From the IMG/VR virus record IMGVR_UViG_3300043372_000294, positions 32,744 to 96,743 of that record: a stretch of 64,000 bases of DNA. The stretch is one strand, 5' to 3'. The notes below the pieces were generated by a model, which did not search any database, had not been told where the DNA came from, and saw only the letters and a program-made list of their open reading frames with translations. Numbering within the stretch: the stretch's first letter is position 1; each line of letters opens with the position of its first letter. The stretch is from a virus (taxonomy: Duplodnaviria; Caudoviricetes). Below, piece after piece: positions 49,134 to 57,366 of this stretch. The position numbers were made by a program, and so were the translations under genes.

Positions 49134-49275
49134 GTGGCAGCGAGCCGGAGTCCCGTTCGTGATTCCGGCTCGCTCGCTTGCTCGCCCTCCAATGATGTAC
49201 CGACTTGACAGCACACTTGAGTGTCTGCGCACAATGTAGGCGGAGCCGGAAAGACCGGCTCCAAGAAAGGGAAAC

Positions 49276-49524
49276 ATGAACGGAACATACGTCAACCACG
49301 GGGTCCACATCAGTGTGGTGGATTTCTTCCTGACCGAACAGACTTCGGCTGAGAACCCCAAGAACGTGAATCAGGCGATCATCCTGAATCGCACGTTCGC
49401 TGAGGGCGACTACCGCTGTCTCCACACGAACGGGAACCACACTGTCTGGGAAGGCCCCAAGGGCATCGTGACTGTCTCACGATGTGAGCTTCCGACTCTC
49501 ACCGTCTCGCCCCGCGAGTCTTGA
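49276..49524 (+). CDS. Cassette 4 hypothetical protein
   Basis: TTGACA-N19-CACAAT, hairpin, AGAAAGGG RBS. Confidence 0.75.
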   Translation: MNGTYVNHGVHISVVDFFLTEQTSAENPKNVNQAIILNRTFAEGDYRCLHTNGNHTVWEGPKGIVTVSRCELPTLTVSPRES

Positions 49525-49668
49525 GTCAGGGCGAGCCGGAGTCCCGTTCGTGATTCCGGCTCGCTCGCTTGCTCGCCCATGCAGAATGGGTACCTACTTG
49601 CGCAGCAGTTGAACGTGTGTCAGAATGATCCCCGAGGCACTCCCGCCTCCCCCACGAAAGGCAGTCCA

Positions 49669-49893
49669 ATGACCCAGACCCAGTTCCTCGCCTCGCTCCC
49701 CGAGCCCGCCACGGCCCTTGTGGAGCGTGCCATTCGCATGATGCGCAGCACAGACTCCGGCCCGCAGCGTCACGCTCGGGAGTGCATCGTCGCAGCCGCA
49801 GGGATGCTCGTCGGCGCAGGAATGGCAGACACGCTTTCCGGCGCAGTCTTCATGATCGAAGACGGAGCCGGAATCCTCATCCCGCACCCGTAG
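49669..49893 (+). CDS. Cassette 5 hypothetical protein
   Basis: GAAAGG RBS before MTQTQFL. Confidence 0.7.
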   Translation: MTQTQFLASLPEPATALVERAIRMMRSTDSGPQRHARECIVAAAGMLVGAGMADTLSGAVFMIEDGAGILIPHP

Positions 49894-50035
49894 GCGAAAG
49901 CGAGCCGGAGTCCCGTTCGTGATTCCGGCTCGCTCGCTTGCTCGCCCTTGGAGCTAGGTACATAGTTGACAGGGAACTGGAATGCGTGCCTATAATGAGA
50001 TCGGAGCAGCCCCCGCTCCCCAACGAAAGGCAATC

Positions 50036-50143
50036 ATGGCTGATTTCTTCGAAGTAGCTTTCATGCTCTCCCTCCCATTCATCCTCACTTCCCTCATCCT
50101 CCTCATCATCTACGTCATCTACGTCAATCTGGATGACCTATAG
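50036..50143 (+). CDS. Cassette 6 single-TM peptide (35 aa)
   Basis: TTGACA-N19-TATAAT; MADFFEVAFMLSLPFILTSLILLIIYVIYVNLDDL; not in track. Confidence 0.7.
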   Translation: MADFFEVAFMLSLPFILTSLILLIIYVIYVNLDDL

Positions 50144-50276
50144 GCTCCGTCGGCGTTCGTGATTCCGGCTCGCTCGCTTGCTCGCCCATCGACTAGGTAG
50201 GTAGTTGACCCTGGCGGTGAGTATGTGTCAGAATGATCATCAAGGCCCAACACAGGGCGAACAGAAAGGGAAACCA

Positions 50277-50468
50277 ATGCAACTCATAAAGTCCACAGAC
50301 CTTCTCCCCCACGACTCAATCCTCACAGTAGAGGGTGTTTCTCACTTCGTGGTGATGCTCACCCTAGAGCCCGGAGGATGCACGATTCTGTGGCAGTCAA
50401 TGGCCACCGGGGAGCGTTGGCAAGACTGCTACTCAAAGCATGAACGCCTAGAGGTATTCAGGGTCTGA
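50277..50468 (+). CDS. Cassette 7 hypothetical protein
   Basis: TTGACC-N18-CAGAAT, AGAAAGGG RBS. Confidence 0.7.
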   Translation: MQLIKSTDLLPHDSILTVEGVSHFVVMLTLEPGGCTILWQSMATGERWQDCYSKHERLEVFRV

Positions 50469-50576
50469 CAGGCGTTCGTGCTTCCGGACTCGCTCGCTTG
50501 CTCGCCCATTGACTAGCGGCTACGCTTACGCCAGGATTTAGTACCCAAACAGAAACCCAAACAGAAAGGCCCTACA

Positions 50577-50783
50577 ATGATCGTCAAAGTATCCCGAGAG
50601 TACGCCACCGAGAACGGAATCATCTCGGCATCAATCCTGTGCGACTCATGCAACGGACGAACCGGAGCCATCGACACCCCCGATGGGGAGAGCATGACTT
50701 GGGGACCGACGTACTTCGATTGGGAATACCAGTGGTGGCTTTGTGAGCCATGCGCTGACGACTTCATCGCCAACATCGGCTAG
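50577..50783 (+). CDS. Cassette 8 Zn-finger-like protein
   Basis: CDSC...CEPC; AGAAAGG RBS. Confidence 0.7.
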   Translation: MIVKVSREYATENGIISASILCDSCNGRTGAIDTPDGESMTWGPTYFDWEYQWWLCEPCADDFIANIG

Positions 50784-50912
50784 CGGAGGCGTGCGTAGCG
50801 CCGGACTCGCTCGCTTGCTCGCCCATCGAATGCGGATGAGTTGACAGGCCCAATGGAGTATGCAAGTATGCAAAGGAGCGCCGGACCCTCCGGCGCAACG
50901 CAAGGGGAAACC

Positions 50913-51197
50913 GTGAACATCAATACTCGGATCATTGAGACGGACGAAGACTACGCGAGGCGCGAGGTTCTACTAGACGGGCAAGTCGTCGGGGAGATCC
51001 ACCGAAGCAGCGGTTGGGGAGACTACGGGAGAGATAGCCGTTGGTACTTCCCCGGAGGCGGGAGAATGATTCCATGTGAAAGAATGGGGGAGGCAATCTT
51101 GCAGGCCCTGAGGGACCATCTCGCTCCCGAAGAGATGAACGCAGCGCGAATCCAGCTAAAGCTCAGGGGAGCGCATGAGCAACGCTCCCGTGCGTAG
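50913..51197 (+). CDS. Cassette 9 hypothetical protein
   Basis: GTG start after AAGGGG; stop lies inside repeat. Confidence 0.7.
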   Translation: MNINTRIIETDEDYARREVLLDGQVVGEIHRSSGWGDYGRDSRWYFPGGGRMIPCERMGEAILQALRDHLAPEEMNAARIQLKLRGAHEQRSRA

Positions 51198-51313
51198 CGC
51201 CTGATCGCTCGCTTGCTCGCCCCTCGGGAACGGGTGACTTGCACAACGCAATTGGGTATGCAATGATGAACCCAGCGGGCATAGGGCCCGCTGGGATGAG
51301 AAAGGGAAACGAA

Positions 51314-51526
51314 ATGGAAATCGATCTCGCTTGCGGGCATGAGGCAGAACTGGGTTCGGAGGTTTTCTCGCACTACACCATGCGAACGGGCACTATCGTC
51401 CGACTCTACGAAGATGGGTGGTTCGACGTTGTTGGAACTGATCATGGAAATATGCTCAACGGGGAACGGGCCATGTGCCTCGCCTGTGGTGACCGCTACT
51501 GGCCGGAACAACGATCCCGTGCGTAG
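51314..51526 (+). CDS. Cassette 10 Cys/His protein
   Basis: CGH...C..C; stop lies inside repeat. Confidence 0.7.
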   Translation: MEIDLACGHEAELGSEVFSHYTMRTGTIVRLYEDGWFDVVGTDHGNMLNGERAMCLACGDRYWPEQRSRA

Positions 51527-51606
51527 CACAGATCGCTCGCTTGCTCGCCCCCTTGACACCACTTCGGTAGTCAAGTAGATTTAGTACACGAAAGAAAGGG
51601 AAACCC

Positions 51607-51762
51607 ATGCCAGAAGCAACGAAAACCTGCCCGAAGTGCGAAGGGGCCACGATGCTGATCGTTCTAGAAGAGCTCGTCATGAGTCTGATTTACTGCCCCG
51701 ATTGTCGGGGACGGGGACGGATCCCGTGCGTAGCATCAGATCGCTCGCTTGCTCGCCCATGA
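51607..51762 (+). CDS. Cassette 11 DnaJ-type Zn-finger peptide (51 aa)
   Basis: CPKCEG...CPDCRGRG; reads through the repeat; not in track. Confidence 0.6.
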   Translation: MPEATKTCPKCEGATMLIVLEELVMSLIYCPDCRGRGRIPCVASDRSLARP

Positions 51763-51850
51763 TCAACGGCGCATAGTTGCATTCCTACTTGAGTGTATGT
51801 CTATAATGGGTATCAGGATGTCCCCGACTCACGAACACAGGAGAAACACA

Positions 51851-51940
51851 ATGAGAACCGCAATGTTTTTCGCACTCGTCCTACTCCTCCCCGCCCTGAC
51901 TCTCTACACAGGGCGACAGGGCCGACGCTCCCGTGCGTAG
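51851..51940 (+). CDS. Cassette 12 hydrophobic peptide (29 aa)
   Basis: TTGCAT-N19-TATAAT, AGGAG RBS; stop inside repeat. Confidence 0.6.
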   Translation: MRTAMFFALVLLLPALTLYTGRQGRRSRA

Positions 51941-52131
51941 CACCCGCTCGCTCGCTTGTTCGTCCATCCAGACCGTACCTCTAAAATTTCTACATTGAGT
52001 GTACATAGTTATCCACAGAAGCCGCCAACTATTTAGTCTTCTCTTTGCCTTCTCGTAACCTTCCGTTCACTTGGGTATGATTCAATGGTGTCTGTCGGGG
52101 GGACAGTCCCCCCGACATGAGAAAGGGAATC

Positions 52132-52488
52132 ATGATCAGGATCTACCGGAAGGCAAAGCGCACCGCTAAGCCGACCAAAGCAAAGCGTGAGACAGTCACT
52201 CACGCACTGGCACTGTCTCGCGTCGATCGGCCCAACGTCGTCGAACTCTTCATGTCGGGAGAGTTCCACCGACTCCCCATCGTTCCGCCCCATGTCGTGA
52301 AAAACCCTGCGCTACGTCGTCGGGATCACGCGAACGATGGGTGGGTCGTGCCAGTCGCTGACTACGGGCGAGGCAATCGTGAAGAGTCGAAACTGACTCA
52401 GCAGCTGCTGCTCTTCATCGTTCGATATTTCGTCGATACCGGCGTGATCGATCGCGACGAATACGCAATCGTCGTAGACCCAGACTGA
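52132..52488 (+). CDS. Cassette 13, 118-aa paralog family copy A
   Basis: IRIYRKAK.T.KP.KA.R...SGEFH.LPIVP.H..KN..LR.RD. Confidence 0.85.
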   Translation: MIRIYRKAKRTAKPTKAKRETVTHALALSRVDRPNVVELFMSGEFHRLPIVPPHVVKNPALRRRDHANDGWVVPVADYGRGNREESKLTQQLLLFIVRYFVDTGVIDRDEYAIVVDPD

Positions 52489-52630
52489 ACACAGTCCACC
52501 GAGTTATCCACAGGCAGTAGTCGAGCCTGTGGATAACTCCCGTGCTCCGCACGCCGCTCGCTCGCTTGTTCGTCCATCCGATTACGTTCCTAGTTGACAG
52601 GAAGATTGAATGCCCATGTATACTGATCCC

Positions 52631-52948
52631 ATGACACTGACCGACTTCATCGCAACCGTAACCCGACTGGCCATCGCTCTAAGCGACGGAGATAACGTGT
52701 ACGTTTCCGGCGCTCTACTGCGACCCATTCACAAGGCCATGAAAGCCGAACGAATCCGCCTCACTGATGCGGAGTTCGCCGCTCTCATGTACGAATGGCA
52801 GAAGTCAGAATCGCACAAGCCGCAGGATGAGTCAGTCATGTTCACGGCAGCCACTGGTACCAAAAACGGAACGCACTACTGGCTCAGAATTGATGACGCA
52901 CCTTGGACAGTACACTTCGTCGGAATCCGTCTCCGCCGCCCAAAATGA
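52631..52948 (+). CDS. Cassette 14 hypothetical protein, probably leaderless
   Basis: TTGACA-N19-TATACT with ATG 6 nt after the -10; no RBS. Confidence 0.7.
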   Translation: MTLTDFIATVTRLAIALSDGDNVYVSGALLRPIHKAMKAERIRLTDAEFAALMYEWQKSESHKPQDESVMFTAATGTKNGTHYWLRIDDAPWTVHFVGIRLRRPK

Positions 52949-53053
52949 AGCTCCCGTACGCTCCGCACGCCGCTCGCTCGCTTGTTCGTCCACTTGACGC
53001 CATCCCCACACTCGACTAGATTGAATACGCAAACAGAAACCGAAAGGGACACC

Positions 53054-53272
53054 ATGACAATCCGCCCCATTGCAGACTGCACCATCGAAACCGGAGAGCC
53101 CGAGCTTTGCGAAGATGGAGAGATCCGCTACCGACTCACCGCCCGATTCCCCGATGGAACGTGGATGGCCACCTACTGGCACCCTCCGCTTCCCCCTCGA
53201 CCGGGGATGCCCGGAGGAAACTGGCAGACCATCGAAGAATTCACCTCATGGATCGAATGGGCCCGGTCCTAG
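53054..53272 (+). CDS. Cassette 15 hypothetical protein
   Basis: TTGACG-N17-TAGATT, GAAAGGG RBS. Confidence 0.7.
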   Translation: MTIRPIADCTIETGEPELCEDGEIRYRLTARFPDGTWMATYWHPPLPPRPGMPGGNWQTIEEFTSWIEWARS

Positions 53273-53395
53273 TACCCGCACGCCGCTCGCTCGCTTGTTC
53301 GTCCACCGATCATGTACCAACTTGACAGCCCAGTTGAGCATCTGCGCATAATGGACCCCCGAGGCATCCCCGCCTCACCCCGAAAGGAAAACCCA

Positions 53396-53752
53396 ATGGA
53401 AATCCGCATCTACCGCAAGGCCAAGCTCACCACGAAGCCCACGAAGGCCGTTCGTGCAGCCGTGGAGCATGAGCTCATGATCTCCCGCTTCCCGAAGCCC
53501 CTCACCACCGAGTGGTTCCTCTCCGGCGAGTTTCACCGCCTCCCGATCGTTCCCGCTCACATCATCAAGAACGCCCCACTCCGCCAGCGTGACTACATCG
53601 ACGCAGGATGGATTGTGCCGGAGTCCGAGCACGGACGCATCAACCGTGAGCCGGAGAAAGCCTCACAGGTCATCCACGCATGGATCGTGCGCTACATGGT
53701 GGCAGCCGGAGCCATCGATCGTGCCGAGTTCGCCGTAGTGGTGGACCACTGA
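53396..53752 (+). CDS. Cassette 16, 118-aa paralog family copy B
   Basis: As copy A; TTGACA-N19-CATAAT. Confidence 0.85.
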   Translation: MEIRIYRKAKLTTKPTKAVRAAVEHELMISRFPKPLTTEWFLSGEFHRLPIVPAHIIKNAPLRQRDYIDAGWIVPESEHGRINREPEKASQVIHAWIVRYMVAAGAIDRAEFAVVVDH

Positions 53753-53901
53753 CCCAGGAACAGCGGCGGCGCGGTTGTGCGGAGGCACGCCGCTCGCTCG
53801 CTTGTTCGTCCACGGAGAAGGTACCCAGTTCGACAGGCAGTTGAGTACACGCTACGATTCACGACAGGGCCGACGGGGCCCTGCACAGAAAGGGAAAACC
53901 A

Positions 53902-54186
53902 ATGGAAAACACTGAGTCGAAAGCTCACGAGATTCTCGGCGGCGAGCGTCTCGCGTGGATGAAGGGCGCCCCGTGCGTCGGGCGAGGAGAACTGTTCTTC
54001 GGCCCCTTCCGTGAGGGCGAGAAGGGCCGCCGACGTCGGGAGCATTTCGCTCGCCAGATCTGCCAGACCTGCGATGCGATGCAGGAATGCCGCCAGTACG
54101 CCCGAGACGCCCACGAACAGGGTTACTGGGGCGGCGAGGGCGAAGAGGCACGCGAGCGAGCAGTGAGGCTCACACAGGGCGCATGA
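53902..54186 (+). CDS. whiB: WhiB-family transcriptional regulator (cassette 17)
   Basis: W...A.C.G...LFF...A..IC..C.....C..YA.....GYWGG. Confidence 0.9.
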   Translation: MENTESKAHEILGGERLAWMKGAPCVGRGELFFGPFREGEKGRRRREHFARQICQTCDAMQECRQYARDAHEQGYWGGEGEEARERAVRLTQGA

Positions 54187-54809
54187 GCGAGGGCGAGCGG
54201 TTGTGCGGAGGCACGCCGCTCGCTCGCTTGTTCGTCCATGAAACTACGAAGCAAAATGCTCCAAAATTGATCACATTCCACAAAACGCTGCCTATGTAAC
54301 CCTGTTACAATGTGTTTATGAACATAACTATGTTCAAAATACCCTCTTATAAGACCCCTTCTAGATATCCCCGCCCAAGGAGGGAGGGCGCCAGCCCGCC
54401 GCTCGCTCGCTTGTTCGTCCACCCGAACCGTATCTGTAAAATTCTTACATTGAGTACGCATAGTTATCCACACCCTGTGGAAAAGTTATCCACAGCCCTG
54501 TGGAAAACCCGTTGGGTGCATATTCATGCATCGAAACGCAAAATATGCATACCCTCTCAGATCGCACAGAATGGCCCTAGAGCCGTCCGACCCCCATTGC
54601 GCCACAGCTACCGCAGAAAGTCCTCGCAGACGCTTAGGGAGGACCGTATAGAAATCCTACAATCCGCCCCAATCTGTAGAGAAAACCTACAGAAACAGCG
54701 TCAAAAGGTGTGACGGATGTCACATCTCAGAATTGTGTACCTAGCTACGAAACGCGATACGCTTCACCTAGTGAGTCGAACCGTTCGGTTCACAGAAAGG
54801 CAGTCAGTC

Positions 54810-55166
54810 ATGCGAATCCTCATCTACCGGAAGGCAAAGCTCACCGCCAAGCCTTCCAAAGCGAAGCGTGAAGCTCTCGCCCACGAGCTTGCCATCTCCC
54901 GAATCTCGAAGCCTCAGGTTCGCGAGTTCTTCGAGTCCGGCGAGTTCCACAAACTGCCAATCGTTCCGCAGCACGTTGTGAAGAACGCCCCACTCCGAAT
55001 CCGCGACCACTCCGCCGATGGCTGGGAGGTTCCCGAAGATGAGTTCGGAAACGTGAACCGTGAGCTTGAGAAGGCTTCCCAAGTGATTCACGCGTGGATC
55101 ATCCGCTACATCGTCGCATCGGGGATCATCTCACGCGAAGAGTTCGCAGTCGTAGTCGAACCCTAG
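54810..55166 (+). CDS. Cassette 19, 118-aa paralog family copy C
   Basis: AGAAAGG RBS before MRILIYRKAK. Confidence 0.85.
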   Translation: MRILIYRKAKLTAKPSKAKREALAHELAISRISKPQVREFFESGEFHKLPIVPQHVVKNAPLRIRDHSADGWEVPEDEFGNVNRELEKASQVIHAWIIRYIVASGIISREEFAVVVEP

Positions 55167-55173
55167 AACCCCA

Positions 55174-55216
55174 AAGTTATCCACAGGCAGCAGTCGGGCC
55201 TGTGGATAACTTTTTT
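55174..55216 (+). terminator. Terminator hairpin built from inverted DnaA boxes (similar hairpin at 52501-52539)
   Basis: AAGTTATCCACAGGC...GCCTGTGGATAACTT followed by a T-run. Confidence 0.7.
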
Positions 55217-55531
55217 GCGGTCGTCCTACGGACGCCGCCCGCTCGCTTGTTCGTCCAGCAATTAGGTTCCTATTTATGTACCCATTTTAGTGCATAATCG
55301 TAAACATAAATAGCTTTCTGACGTTGAGATACATAATCAATTTCCTAAATATGTTCCAAAATATGTCTTATAAGGGCTACATATATATGCCCCGGCCAGC
55401 CTCTAGTAATGTTACAAAACTGGTGTGACGGATGTCACATCTCAGGATTGTGTTTATGTTCCCCCTAGCGAGTATCTTGGAGTTTGTGGCCGAGAGGGAC
55501 TTAGCCACAAAGTAGGAAGGGAAAGCTAATT

Positions 55532-55786
55532 ATGTTCACAGGTGGCATCACACGACAGCAATTCCTGAGGATGGCAGAAATCCTCGGGCTGACCGGCGAA
55601 GAGCAAGCAGTAATTATGTACCGATTTGGTATCGGTGACGGAATTGTCCGCACCATTCCCGAAGTGACAAAGATCATGAATCGGGAACATAATTATGCAG
55701 AGGACGATGAGTATCGGAACGAAGATATCCGAACCATAGAATCCGTTGCTATTCGTGCAATCAACGGACTAGAGGGGGGAGCATAA
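55532..55786 (+). CDS. Stand-alone sigma-70 region-4-like HTH protein
   Basis: LT.EEQ.VI.YRFGIGDG..RT..EV......EDIR.IE..AIR matches the sigma4 pattern. Confidence 0.7.
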   Translation: MFTGGITRQQFLRMAEILGLTGEEQAVIMYRFGIGDGIVRTIPEVTKIMNREHNYAEDDEYRNEDIRTIESVAIRAINGLEGGA

Positions 55787-55788
55787 TT

Positions 55789-55962
55789 ATGCGAGTAAAT
55801 ACTAGAAAGAACAGTTCGATGCGTAAGCGACCTACTCACAGTTCGGTAGTAGCAAAGTCGAAAACGCACAAATCTTCTGAGAAAGAAAAGAAGAGAGAAC
55901 TGCAAGCTAAATATGTTGCTAAACTCTCAGCCTCCGCCCAAGATCTCACGAAAGGTGCCTAA
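55789..55962 (+). CDS. Small basic protein (57 aa, MRVNTRKNSS...)
   Basis: Translated by hand; GGAG RBS. Confidence 0.5.
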   Translation: MRVNTRKNSSMRKRPTHSSVVAKSKTHKSSEKEKKRELQAKYVAKLSASAQDLTKGA

Positions 55963-56014
55963 ATAGGTTCCTCACATATTTAGGTAGCTGTCCCCCCTTT
56001 CCGGCTACCTAATT

Positions 56015-56050
56015 AGATACCCCACCAGTTCCGCCGCTGGTGGGGTATCT
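56015..56050 (+). terminator. Hairpin with TTCCGCCG loop (twin at 56753-56794)
   Basis: AGATACCCCACCAG/CTGGTGGGGTATCT; twin AGATAACCCCCTCGG/CCGAGGGGGTTATCT plus T-run. Confidence 0.7.
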
Positions 56051-56441
56051 TCATATCCATCTAAATATGTTCCCAAATAGATTCCTAAATAGGTACATAA
56101 ATAAGTACATAAATAGCAGGGCGGGCCCGCTCGCGGTTCCTGTTTCTTGCCCGCCCTCTAATTATGTACCTAAATAGGTTGCTACTTTGATACATAATTC
56201 TATTCTCAATTATGTACCTAAATATCCTCTATAAAATGTAAATACATATCCCCGTAAATAGATTCCCAACTATGTCCTATAATAGCAACATATTTATGCC
56301 CCGACTTTGACGTTTGTAAAACTTCTACAAGGTGTGACGGATGTCACACCGCAGAATGCCATTTATGTTCCCCATCTAGGGTAAGTTAGTGTCAACGGAT
56401 CGGGGCAATACGGCCCCGCCGCTAGAAAAGGAAACGCAATT

Positions 56442-56714
56442 ATGTTTGAAATCATTCCCGTCTCAGAGGTTCGGGTTTCGCCCCGTGGCCGAAAGACCAC
56501 CTACAACGAGGACCTGATCAAGGCTCTCAAGACCCTCAAGACAGGACAGGCCGTGAACCTCGGCGGACTCTACGGGAACGTAGCGAAGAAGGACCGAGCG
56601 AGCGTCGCCCAGAGCATCCGCAAGCACTGGAAGGCTGCTCGCGAGGACGGTTGTCGGATCGATTGGGATTCCGAAACCGGTTTCGCTCAGATTCAGGCTA
56701 AGGCAGATAAGTAG
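56442..56714 (+). CDS. Small basic putative DNA-binding protein (VSPRGRK), paralog 1
   Basis: AGAAAAGG RBS; clearly similar to 57082-57366. Confidence 0.85.
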   Translation: MFEIIPVSEVRVSPRGRKTTYNEDLIKALKTLKTGQAVNLGGLYGNVAKKDRASVAQSIRKHWKAAREDGCRIDWDSETGFAQIQAKADK

Positions 56715-57023
56715 CCACCAGTTTATGTAGGGTCCCGCCCCCCTACATAAATAGATAACCCCCTCGGTTCCGCCGCCGAGGGGGTTATCTTTTTGCGTCC
56801 CTAAATAGATACCTAAATAGGAACATAAGTACAAACATAATTAGCTACCTAAATAGATACATATTTATGTACATAATTGGCGGGGTGTTCCCCTCAGCTT
56901 TTCGGGAACATGAACACCCCCTAAATATGTACCTAATTATGTTGCTACTTTGATACATATTTTGAAACCTATTTATCTACCCCAGATAGCTCTATAATTA
57001 TGTAACCATTTACCCCGCCAAAT

Positions 57024-57057
57024 AAAAAAGCCCCCGAGCATCCTTCGCTCGGGGGCT
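57024..57057 (-). terminator. Terminator for 57082-57366
   Basis: AGCCCCCGAGC/GCTCGGGGGCT then T-run on minus strand. Confidence 0.8.
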
Positions 57058-57081
57058 GGCACTACTTAGGGGGCTAAATAT

Positions 57082-57366
57082 CTAACCCCTACGGGCAAGG
57101 CTAACCTGCGCCATGCCCGTCTCGCCGTTCCAATCGATTCGGCACGCATCCTCACGCACATGGCGCCAATGTTTCCGAATCGTTTGGGCGACGGAGGCAC
57201 GCTGCGACTTGGGGACATTGCCGAACGGAGTGAGAACCAACGCCTGACCTTCCTTCAGCGCTGCCAGCGCCTTTAGAAGATCTTCGTTGAAAACCGTCTT
57301 GCGACCCCTCGGGCTAACTCGCACCTCGGAAACCGGAATTACTTCAAACTTACTCATGTCACTCAC
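57082..57366 (-). CDS. Small basic putative DNA-binding protein (VSPRGRK), paralog 2, inverted
   Basis: GAGGAGG RBS; FE.IPVSEVRVSPRGRKT..NEDL.KAL. Confidence 0.85.
   Translation of the reverse strand: MSDMSKFEVIPVSEVRVSPRGRKTVFNEDLLKALAALKEGQALVLTPFGNVPKSQRASVAQTIRKHWRHVREDACRIDWNGETGMAQVSLARRG

Larger units (their letters stand above)
52009..55209. promoter_or_regulatory. DnaA boxes: 7 perfect TTATCCACA plus 2 TTTTCCACA
   Basis: Plus 52009, 52504, 54464, 54486, 55177; minus 52528, 55201; variants minus 54476, 54499. Confidence 0.8.
48091..55293 (+). repeat. 20-copy dispersed repeat (core CGCTCGCTTGYTCGYCC, then N29-30, then TTGAGTRY-like box) delimiting gene cassettes
   Basis: Core ends at 48128, 48516, 48904, 49187, 49578, 49947, 50187, 50507, 50824, 51222, 51550, 51758, 51965, 52575, 52991, 53304, 53811, 54237, 54420, 55256. 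Confidence 0.97.

Noticed and set aside
47833-55091. Many minus-strand ORFs containing RASKRAS or DEQASER
   Set aside because: These are translations of the repeat in GC-rich DNA, antisense to better-supported plus ORFs with RBS and promoters
48091-55256. CRISPR array
   Set aside because: Intervals are about 180-840 bp and contain promoters and ORFs; repeats drift in sequence; no cas genes in the window
48091-55256. Canonical integron attC sites
   Set aside because: No RYYYAAC/GTTRRRY core pair and no IntI in the window; cassettes carry their own promoters; kept only as an analogy
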